Below are positions 8,163 to 15,455 of a stretch of DNA of 64,000 nucleotides, in pieces. Source of the DNA: Acutalibacteraceae bacterium (GTDB lineage: Bacteria; Bacillota; Clostridia; Oscillospirales; Acutalibacteraceae); NCBI GenBank assembly GCA_045590895.1, contig JAZNRU010000002.1, positions 1,577 to 65,576 on the forward strand. Reading direction: 5' to 3'. Under the pieces are notes generated by a model. The model was given only the letters and a program-made list of their open reading frames with translations. It was not told where the DNA came from and ran no database searches. The position numbers and the translations under genes were made by a program. How positions within the stretch are numbered: position 1 is the stretch's first letter; each line of letters begins with the position of its first letter.

Positions 8163-9590
8163 TCAGTTGATGTCGCCGTCGTTGAAAATGTCACCGCATT
8201 CGGGGCAGAATCTGGGCGGATTGTGGGGGTCTTCGGGAGTCCAGCCGCATTTGTCACACTTGTAAAGCGGAGCACCTGCCGGCTTCTTTGCACCGCAGTT
8301 CATACAGAACTTACCCTGATTGACCGTACCGCAGGAACAGGTCCAACCGCTTTCGGCAGGTTTCGGAGCACCGCATTCGGGGCAGAATTTGCCTGTTGCC
8401 ATCGTGCCGCAAGCACATTTCCAACCGTTTGCCGCAGGTTTGGGTTCGGGTTTTTTGTTGCCGCAGTTCGGGCAGAAATTGCCCGTTGCCGTTGCACCGC
8501 AAGCACAGGTCCAGCCGTTGGCTGCAGGTGCTGCTGCGGGGGCAGGCTGCTGTGCGGCCTGCTGTGCGGCATACTGCTGTTGCTGCATGCCCTGCTGGAA
8601 GAGTTGTGCGGAATTGCCCATCATATTGCCTGCCATACCCATGCCCATAAAGCCCGTAACGGCTCCGTTGGGGTTGTTGGCGGCACTCATGGCCGCATCA
8701 GTCATGCCTGTGGTCTGATAACCGCCTGCGAGCATGGGATCGGACATGATGATGCTCTTTTTGATTCTCTGAATTTCGTCTTCGTCTTCCTTGGGTGCGT
8801 TGAGGGCGTTGAAGGTAACGTCCGTCAGAGCAAGACCTCTGCCCTGTTTCCATTTGGTGGTCAGAATGTTGTTCATTTCATCGCACAGTTCCATGGTGTG
8901 TGCAGGAATGGAGCTGTAACGAAGTCCCATTTCACTGAGTCTTGCAAACGCAGGCTGTAAAGCATTCAGGAAGTCGGATTTGAGATGCTCCAGCAGGCTT
9001 TCTTTTCTGTATTCATCCGCAATGTTGCCTGCAACGGCGGTGTAAAGCAGAAGCGGATCCACGATCTTGAACGTGAACATACCGTTGCAGCGAAGTGTAA
9101 TGTCATAGTCAATACCGCGGCGTTCGTCAATGATCACGCGGAACGGAATGGGCGATTTGGTGCCGAACATATTGCCCGTGATCTCCTTGGTGTTGAAATA
9201 GTAAACACGCTGATCCTTTGCGGGCTCACCGCCGAAGGTGAAACGCCTTCCGATGGTGGCAAAGGTCGCTTTCAGACTTTCGCCGAGTTTACCTGCAAAC
9301 AGGCTGGGCTCGCTGGATGCGTCGTAAGTAAACTGACCGGGCTCTGCACAGAATTCGACCACTTTGCCCTGATCGACGATGATCATGCACTGTCCGTCGG
9401 CAACCACGATGCCCGAACCCGTTGTGATCACGTTGTCGCTTCCCTTTGTGTTGGAGGAACGGCCCGAAATATTCTTCTGTCCTTTGACGATCAGCACTTC
9501 TTCGCTGATGGAGTCACAGGTAAAAAACTCTTTCCATTGATCAGCCAATACGCCGCCTAATGCGCCGATGCCGGCTTTGATAAGTCCCAT
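8163..9590 (-). CDS. SPFH/band-7 superfamily protein with C-terminal zinc-ribbon array (COG4260 / B. subtilis YdjI-like)
   Basis: I place the start at ATG 9590, with AAAGGGGA upstream. The N-terminus GLIKAGIGALGGVLADQWKEFF and the roughly 330-aa SPFH-like body are followed by a Q-rich linker and four CxxC..CxxC ribbons. Confidence 0.7.
   Translation of the reverse strand: MGLIKAGIGALGGVLADQWKEFFTCDSISEEVLIVKGQKNISGRSSNTKGSDNVITTGSGIVVADGQCMIIVDQGKVVEFCAEPGQFTYDASSEPSLFAGKLGESLKATFATIGRRFTFGGEPAKDQRVYYFNTKEITGNMFGTKSPIPFRVIIDERRGIDYDITLRCNGMFTFKIVDPLLLYTAVAGNIADEYRKESLLEHLKSDFLNALQPAFARLSEMGLRYSSIPAHTMELCDEMNNILTTKWKQGRGLALTDVTFNALNAPKEDEDEIQRIKKSIIMSDPMLAGGYQTTGMTDAAMSAANNPNGAVTGFMGMGMAGNMMGNSAQLFQQGMQQQQYAAQQAAQQPAPAAAPAANGWTCACGATATGNFCPNCGNKKPEPKPAANGWKCACGTMATGKFCPECGAPKPAESGWTCSCGTVNQGKFCMNCGAKKPAGAPLYKCDKCGWTPEDPHNPPRFCPECGDIFNDGDIN
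8166..8519 (-). repeat. Tandem array of four zinc-ribbon modules (coding repeat)
   Basis: NGWTCACGATATGNFCPNCG / NGWKCACGTMATGKFCPECG / SGWTCSCGTVNQGKFCMNCG, plus a divergent YKCDKCG..FCPECG. The modules are joined by KP-rich spacers. Confidence 0.85.
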
Positions 9591-9626
9591 AAAAATGTCC
9601 CCTTTCAAAGTATACAAATTTATTTT

Positions 9627-9655
9627 ATTATACAATATTTGTTTATTAATTTCAA
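9627..9655 (-). promoter_or_regulatory. Sigma-A type promoter (extended -10) of the SPFH operon
   Basis: On the minus strand: TTGAAA (9655-9650), 17-nt spacer, TGTATAAT (-10 at 9632-9627). Confidence 0.6.
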
Positions 9656-9694
9656 TATAAATCATAAAAAATGATTAATATTGTAAAAATTTAC

Positions 9695-9736
9695 TAAAAA
9701 TGAAAAACAACCGTTGACATAAATGCCAACGGTTGC
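9695..9736 (-). terminator. Rho-independent terminator of glnA
   Basis: CAACCGTTG (9708-9716) pairs with CAACGGTTG (9727-9735). A T-rich run follows on the minus strand. Confidence 0.75.
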
Positions 9737-9748
9737 GAAGGATGGATA

Positions 9749-11173
9749 TTACAGGTTGTAGTATCTGTCGAACTCTGCGGGATTGGGAATTTTGGACAGT
9801 TCACTGCATTCCGCACGTTTTCTCTTGATGAAGTTTTTGATGAGTTCTTCGGGGAATACGCCGCCTTCGGTGAGGTAGGCGTAGTCGGCTTCCAGTGCAT
9901 CCAGAGCCGCATCCAGCGACGTGGGCAGACCTTTGAGTTTTGCCTTTTCTTCTTCGGGCAGATTGAAAAGATTGAAGTCGTAGGGGCCCCAACCGTTTTC
10001 ATGCGGATCGATCTGATTCTTGATGCCGTCCAGACCTGCCATGAGAATGGCGGCATAACAGAAATACGGATTGCAGGTCGCATCGGGATTACGCAGTTCA
10101 AAACGGCGTTTGTCGGGACTCTTTGCATAAGCGGGAATGCGGATGACGGCACTGCGGTTGGACGTTGCATAGCCGACCGTGACGGGTGCTTCAAATCCGG
10201 GCACAAGACGTTTGAAAGAGTTTGTGCTGGGATTGGTGATGGCACACAGCGAGCCGATGTGTTTGAGCAGACCGCCGATGAAATAATGTGCGGTCTTGCT
10301 CAGGTGGGAGTAACCGTCGTCATCCGAGAATACGGGCTGACCGTCTTTGAACAGCAACATATGTACGTGCATACCGCTGCCTGCCTCACCGTAAATGGGC
10401 TTGGGCATGAAGGTCGCACTCTTGCCGTATTTGAGGGCGGTGTTGTGGATGATGTATTTGATCATCATGGTCGCATCCGCCATGTGCACCACTTCACCGA
10501 GCTGGGGTTCGATCTCATACTGACCGGAAGCCGCCACTTCGGGGTGATGATAGTTGATCTCAATCCCTGCCTGCTGCATCAGAAGGCACATTTCGCTTCT
10601 GCATTCGTAAGACGTATCAAAGGGTTTTGCAATGTGGTAGTTTTTCTGTTTGGGAACGATCACACCTTTGCCGTCGGTTGCACTGTTCCAATAGGACTGA
10701 GAGGCATCCACCGTAGCACCGATATAATTGCCCTGTACGCTCCATGTTACGTCGTCAAACAGATAAAATTCAAACTCGGGCAGGATCTTCATTTCGTCCG
10801 CAACACCCGTGGCTTTCATGTAGTCCACGGCGGCACGGATGATGTTACGCGGATACTGTGCAAGCGGTCTGTTTTCGGGGGAGTCGATGATCATGGCGTT
10901 ACCCGTCATGGTCAGAGTCGGAATTTCACAGAACGGATCGATCATGGCCGTGTCAGGATCGGGAATGAAAACCATGTCGCTCTTTTCAACCACGGCGTAA
11001 CCGTAGTTGGAGGCATCAAAACCGATGCCGTTTTTCATCGTTTCTTCCGAGAAATTCTGAGCGGGAATGGTCACGTGGCGGTACTGACCGTTGATGTCCA
11101 CCATCTTGAAATCGACCATCTGAATGCCTTTTTCTTTAATCAGATCCATGATCTGCTGAACACTTTTGCCCAT
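9749..11173 (-). CDS. glnA: Glutamine synthetase, type I
   Basis: GS-I motifs GSGMHVHMLLF, NPSTNSFKRLVPGFEAPV, SNRSAVIRIP and RFELRNPDATCNPY. The ATG at 11173 has GGAG 9 nt upstream; ATGs at 11182 and 11236 are alternative starts. Confidence 0.9.
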   Translation of the reverse strand: MGKSVQQIMDLIKEKGIQMVDFKMVDINGQYRHVTIPAQNFSEETMKNGIGFDASNYGYAVVEKSDMVFIPDPDTAMIDPFCEIPTLTMTGNAMIIDSPENRPLAQYPRNIIRAAVDYMKATGVADEMKILPEFEFYLFDDVTWSVQGNYIGATVDASQSYWNSATDGKGVIVPKQKNYHIAKPFDTSYECRSEMCLLMQQAGIEINYHHPEVAASGQYEIEPQLGEVVHMADATMMIKYIIHNTALKYGKSATFMPKPIYGEAGSGMHVHMLLFKDGQPVFSDDDGYSHLSKTAHYFIGGLLKHIGSLCAITNPSTNSFKRLVPGFEAPVTVGYATSNRSAVIRIPAYAKSPDKRRFELRNPDATCNPYFCYAAILMAGLDGIKNQIDPHENGWGPYDFNLFNLPEEEKAKLKGLPTSLDAALDALEADYAYLTEGGVFPEELIKNFIKRKRAECSELSKIPNPAEFDRYYNL

Positions 11174-11207
11174 GGGAATCATCTCCGTTTCTTTTAATTG
11201 CTTTTTG

Positions 11208-11236
11208 ATTTTACCATAGTAAAGCCATAATTGCAA
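11208..11236 (-). promoter_or_regulatory. Sigma-A type promoter of glnA
   Basis: On the minus strand: TTGCAA (11236-11231), 17-nt spacer, TGgTAAAAT (-10 at 11213-11208). Confidence 0.55.
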
Positions 11237-11265
11237 TGCTTTTTCTGAAGTTTTACGCAGACCGT

Positions 11266-12732
11266 TTATTTTTTACGCGGATAAAATCCGATCAGATCGA
11301 AGAATGATGGGGGTACGGCCGGATAGTCTGTTTTGAGTGCTTTGTGCATGGTGGAGCCGAAGTTGAGATTTCTTGAGAACCAGATATTCAGTTTGGTGTA
11401 AGGCTGATAGCGTTGTCCGAGATCGATCCACGTTGCCTTGTCGACGATGCTCGTGTAGTGGGTGAACGTGTTAAATCCGTCTTTGCCGTGATACTGTCCC
11501 ATCCCGCTCTCACCGACACCGCCGAATCCCATGGCTGTGGTGATGACGTGAATATCCGTTTCATTGACACAGCCGCCGCCGAACGAACAGGCAGTATGGA
11601 CTTTTTCAATGTTCTGTTTGCTTTCGGAGAAGATATAAAGAGCCAGCGGTTTGTCGTGGGCGTTGATCTCATTGATTACGGCATCAAGATCGTTGTACGT
11701 AATAAAGGGGAGAACCGGACCGAAGATCTCCTGTTGCATAACGGCATCTTCTCGCGTTACGTTGTCCATGACCGTCATTTGTATTTTTCTCGTAGCGGCA
11801 TCACTTTGACCGCCGCAGACAACTTTTGCGGGATCAATGAGCGAACAGACTCTGTCAAAGTGTTTTTTGTTGATGATGCAACCGTAATCTTCATTGTTCA
11901 GACAATCTCCGAACTGTCGTTTGATCTCCGCCTTTACGAGTGCAATAAACCGATCTTTGATGCTTTCATGCACGTAAACGTAGTCGGGAGCCACGCAGGT
12001 CTGACCGACGTTGAAGCCTTTGCCGAACACCAGACGTCTTGCGGCAATATCAAGTTTTGCGGTTTGGTCAACGATGACGGGACTTTTGCCGCCGAGTTCA
12101 AGTGTTACGGGTGTGACCGTTTCGGCGGCTTTTCGGAGTACGAGTTTACCGACGTTCTTACTGCCCGTAAAGAAAATATAATCGAATTTTTCGTCAAGCA
12201 GATGCTCGTTTTCTTCTCTGCCGCCCGTAATAACGCTTACGTATTCGGCAGGAAAAATGGATTCGATCATTTTTTTGACGGCCGCCCCCGTGTTGGGTGA
12301 ATAGGCACTCGTCTTGACCACGCAGGTATTGCCTGCGGAAACAGCATCGATAACTGGCGGCAAGGTCAGCATAAAGGGGTAATTCCACGGGCTCATGATG
12401 AGCGTTACGCCGTAGGGTTTCGGAATGACGTAACTGTGCGAAAGTTGCTGACCGAAGGGGGTCATGACCGTTTTCTTTTTCGTCAGTTTTCTGATGTTTT
12501 TGAGCATATAGTTTACCTCTGCGATCACAACGGCGATCTCGCAAAGGTAGGATTCATACGCACTCTTGCCAAGATCTGCTTTCAGTGCGGCGGAAATTTC
12601 CGCTTCATGCTCCTCAATGTACTGTTTGATCTTTTTCAGATACCGGATGCGTTCGTCAACGTTGCGTGTATTGCCCGCTTCAAAAAAGCTGCGCTGTTTT
12701 GCAACGATTTCACGGATCTGCTCCTTTGTCAT
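11266..12732 (-). CDS. NAD(P)-dependent aldehyde dehydrogenase (class-3-like ALDH)
   Basis: ALDH motifs LELGGKSP, FFTGSKNVG, catalytic GQTCVAPDY and EIFGPVLP. The ATG at 12732 follows GGGAGAGAAGAAAA. Confidence 0.85.
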   Translation of the reverse strand: MTKEQIREIVAKQRSFFEAGNTRNVDERIRYLKKIKQYIEEHEAEISAALKADLGKSAYESYLCEIAVVIAEVNYMLKNIRKLTKKKTVMTPFGQQLSHSYVIPKPYGVTLIMSPWNYPFMLTLPPVIDAVSAGNTCVVKTSAYSPNTGAAVKKMIESIFPAEYVSVITGGREENEHLLDEKFDYIFFTGSKNVGKLVLRKAAETVTPVTLELGGKSPVIVDQTAKLDIAARRLVFGKGFNVGQTCVAPDYVYVHESIKDRFIALVKAEIKRQFGDCLNNEDYGCIINKKHFDRVCSLIDPAKVVCGGQSDAATRKIQMTVMDNVTREDAVMQQEIFGPVLPFITYNDLDAVINEINAHDKPLALYIFSESKQNIEKVHTACSFGGGCVNETDIHVITTAMGFGGVGESGMGQYHGKDGFNTFTHYTSIVDKATWIDLGQRYQPYTKLNIWFSRNLNFGSTMHKALKTDYPAVPPSFFDLIGFYPRKK

Positions 12733-12989
12733 TTTTCTTCTCTCCCTGTTTTTTTTGCCCAAAACGGCACGGTTCGGTTAGCGTCGCCGTGCCGTTCTGT
12801 TTTTTTTCTGCGTTCGGCAGAAAACTTCATTAGCAAATATATAATAATAGTATAAAGCAAAAAAGTCAATGCGGATTTGGACAATCTTCTCAAAATAAAC
12901 AGAAATGCGTTTTATTGCTTAGTAAAATCGAATGAAAATTTCAACATTCAACACACATAAATACGTGAATTGTACATAAGAAAAAAAAC

Positions 12990-13030
12990 TGTACAAAAAA
13001 ACAGATGCATTCATAGGAAAATGCATCTGA
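12990..13030 (-). terminator. Rho-independent terminator
   Basis: CAGATGCAT (13002-13010) pairs with ATGCATCTG (13021-13029). T7 follows on the minus strand. It lies 15 nt past the stop of the 13045 gene. Confidence 0.75.
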
Positions 13031-13044
13031 AAAAACGATCTGTC

Positions 13045-14031
13045 TCACAAACTGCCGTCGAGAACGGCGTCGATGATTCGCTTGCCGACACGAAAATGGT
13101 TCTGCATGGCGGTGTCAAAAATGTCTGCCGACTCCATGTCGCCGTCTGCGGAGAAGACTGCACCTGCCTGTTTCCCCCACAGGTTTTCGGGTGTGGAACC
13201 GTTGGTGAATACGTCCATGTTGACGGAAACTCTGACAGCGATAAAACGGTCAAGCATGCCGATTCTGTCCAAAGCGACCGCAAGGGCGGCGTCTTCCATT
13301 TCCGCACACACGAAGGCATCGGGAACGGGATAGGTGTTCGCCATGAGAATTGCGTTGTTGTGGTCGTGGACGCCTTTCCAGTAATTATCACCCGACAGGG
13401 TGGTGCCGCGAAGCACCTGCGGTTCACGCAAAGCCCACGCGGCGTTGTCAAAGGCTTGTGCCATGAAGATCTTCGTGTTTTCGGTGGTATGCAGTTTCGT
13501 GTCTTTTACCTGTGCGAAAACGCGGTCGGTCAGGGCAGGAGAGAAAATTCTGTATGCACTGCCGTCATAAATGGGATTGTGAAACCACGTGGTCTGCGTG
13601 CCGTCTTGCAGATCGCGTGCATCTGCATGGTGACCGAGATCGAAGTCGATCGCGGCGGAAAGCACGAACACGTCCCCCATGACGGTGGAGCCGATCGCCG
13701 AACCGCTGCAACCGACACTGAAAATATACGCTTCGGAAAAGTCAAAACGGTCATCGTGTAAAACTGCGTTCAACCCCAAAACGGCGTTTACCTTGCCGCA
13801 ACCGGTCACGTACAGGGCAACGCCGTTTTGTACATACAGTCTGTTGCCTGCAATGCCGCCGAAAACGTCGTATGCATCGGCATCCTTGCAATAGTGTTCA
13901 TAATAATACTGTGCTTCGCCTGCAGCATCCCCCGTCATGGCACCGTTTTCGAATTTGGGAAGGATGAGCACTTTGACGGGAATGCGGTTGTTCGTGCTAT
14001 GGAGAAGTACAGAGTCTGTCATAAAAATCAC
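13045..14031 (-). CDS. Phosphorylase-fold protein, purine nucleoside permease (NUP, PF06516)-like
   Basis: Resembles the NUP family in length and in the N-terminal block VLILPKFENG..TGDAAGEAQYYYEHY. There is no clear signal peptide. The start is ambiguous (GTG 14031 or ATG 14022). It begins 19 nt downstream of the M14 gene. Confidence 0.45.
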   Translation of the reverse strand: MIFMTDSVLLHSTNNRIPVKVLILPKFENGAMTGDAAGEAQYYYEHYCKDADAYDVFGGIAGNRLYVQNGVALYVTGCGKVNAVLGLNAVLHDDRFDFSEAYIFSVGCSGSAIGSTVMGDVFVLSAAIDFDLGHHADARDLQDGTQTTWFHNPIYDGSAYRIFSPALTDRVFAQVKDTKLHTTENTKIFMAQAFDNAAWALREPQVLRGTTLSGDNYWKGVHDHNNAILMANTYPVPDAFVCAEMEDAALAVALDRIGMLDRFIAVRVSVNMDVFTNGSTPENLWGKQAGAVFSADGDMESADIFDTAMQNHFRVGKRIIDAVLDGSL

Positions 14032-14050
14032 CCTGACTTGTATCTGTTGT

Positions 14051-15292
14051 TTAATAAGCCTGTGCGACCGCGAGGAACAAGGTACGCAGTTTCCGGGCGA
14101 TCTCTGCCTGTTGGGAAAGGGGCAGGGGATTGTGGCCTCTGCCGCATTCCACGGTCACGGAGGGGATGTTCTTTTCGATCATCGTCCAGTCTGCACTTGC
14201 TCCCGCGAAACTGTCGGACATATCGAGGTAATAACCCGTTTCGTCCTCAACGATGTACGCGAGTTTCTTTGCGGCTGTTTTTCCCGCAGCGTTTTGTTCG
14301 CAATCCCAGTAAATGAGGTTGCCTTGCGAATGAATGCTCAACACGGCAACGGGGGCGGAAAGGCTTTCAATAACGCATTTATAAGCCGCCGTTTCGGCTT
14401 CGGAAAACGGATATTCGCCTGCATACAGTTCGTTGGCGGGGGAGTATATCCCCGTGTAATACGGTTTTCCGTCTTTTTCAAACATGAAGTTGCGGTTGAG
14501 ATCCACGCCGCGTGCGTTGGCTTTCCACACTTTGAGATACGTTGCAAAAGAATCGTAGGTGTTGCCTGCATTTTTCTGTTTGTTGTAAATGCTCTGCACG
14601 TTTTTACGCAGTGTTTCACTCCGTAATCCGTCAAGACCGTATTGGCTGATTGCAATGCCGTCGGGATTGAGCATCGGGAATATGTATATATCCGTGTCCC
14701 GCAGAATTTCTCTGACCGTTTTGCCGTTATGGATTTTCGTATCGTAATTGCGAAGATAATATTCGACAACGCTCATCACAGCCGACGGATTGAGGTACTC
14801 CGAGCCGTGAATGCCTGCATCAACGACGATCTGTTTGTTTGCAAAACCGCTGCCGAGTACGGCACAGTAAACGCTTCTGCCGTCTGCCGTGGTTGCAAGG
14901 GAGGTGTATGAAAACCGTGAGGGAATCAATCTTGCAAGCGTTGCAAGATCTTCTTCCATTTCTTCGTATGTGTAGAGATTGGCACCCGTATCTACGATCG
15001 GATTTTCAGCGGATGCAAATCCCTCGTCCGCAGGATATGTATAGGTTTCAAGTCCGACCGCACAACGCAGTGCCGTTCTTGCATCCGCAGGGGTGATCTG
15101 TTTGTTGTTGTCAAGATCATAGGAGGCAAGCGTTTCTCCGTCCGCATTTACAAGTCCGACGGCGGCACGCAGAATGATACGTGCATCCGCCGTTGAAAAA
15201 CTGACCGCGGCGGCGGATACCGTGCGGTCGGTATAGCTGCAGAATACAAACATGATTGCGGTTGCAAGGAACAGGGAAAGTGTTTTTTTCAT
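14051..15292 (-). CDS. Secreted M14-family zinc carboxypeptidase with N-terminal dockerin-like module
   Basis: Signal peptide, then a dockerin-like segment, then M14 motifs GIHGSEY (HxxE), GVDLNRNF and a distal His. Confidence 0.75.
   Translation of the reverse strand: MKKTLSLFLATAIMFVFCSYTDRTVSAAAVSFSTADARIILRAAVGLVNADGETLASYDLDNNKQITPADARTALRCAVGLETYTYPADEGFASAENPIVDTGANLYTYEEMEEDLATLARLIPSRFSYTSLATTADGRSVYCAVLGSGFANKQIVVDAGIHGSEYLNPSAVMSVVEYYLRNYDTKIHNGKTVREILRDTDIYIFPMLNPDGIAISQYGLDGLRSETLRKNVQSIYNKQKNAGNTYDSFATYLKVWKANARGVDLNRNFMFEKDGKPYYTGIYSPANELYAGEYPFSEAETAAYKCVIESLSAPVAVLSIHSQGNLIYWDCEQNAAGKTAAKKLAYIVEDETGYYLDMSDSFAGASADWTMIEKNIPSVTVECGRGHNPLPLSQQAEIARKLRTLFLAVAQAY
15047..15202 (-). 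other. Dockerin-like module (N-terminal)
   Basis: SFSTADARIILRAAVGL ... YDLDNNKQITPADARTALRCAVGLE. Only the second half has a full D-x-D-x-N Ca-loop. Confidence 0.6.
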
Positions 15293-15377
15293 GAATCGGT
15301 CACCTTATTACTGGAGTTATCAGTATTATAATAAAAAAGTGTCTTGTTCGTCAATCCTTATTTCATTCTGTACCGTG

Positions 15378-15406
15378 TTGAAAAATACATTATTCCGTGC
15401 TATAAT
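15378..15406 (+). promoter_or_regulatory. Sigma-A type promoter of the GH38 gene
   Basis: TTGAAA (15378-15383), 17-nt spacer, TATAAT (15401-15406). Confidence 0.6.
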
Positions 15407-15455
15407 ATATGCCGAAAACGAAAAATGCCTGAATTTTGCACAAAGGAGAACGGTT

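Noticed and set aside
12970-13761. 263-aa plus-strand ORF
   Set aside because: It is antisense to the NUP-like gene and begins in the AT-rich terminator region. It has no RBS.
15252-15455. 68-aa N-terminal extension of the GH38 ORF
   Set aside because: The extension covers the promoter (15378-15406) and overlaps the divergent M14 gene start. The ATG at 15456 has a proper RBS, and the GH38 homology starts there.
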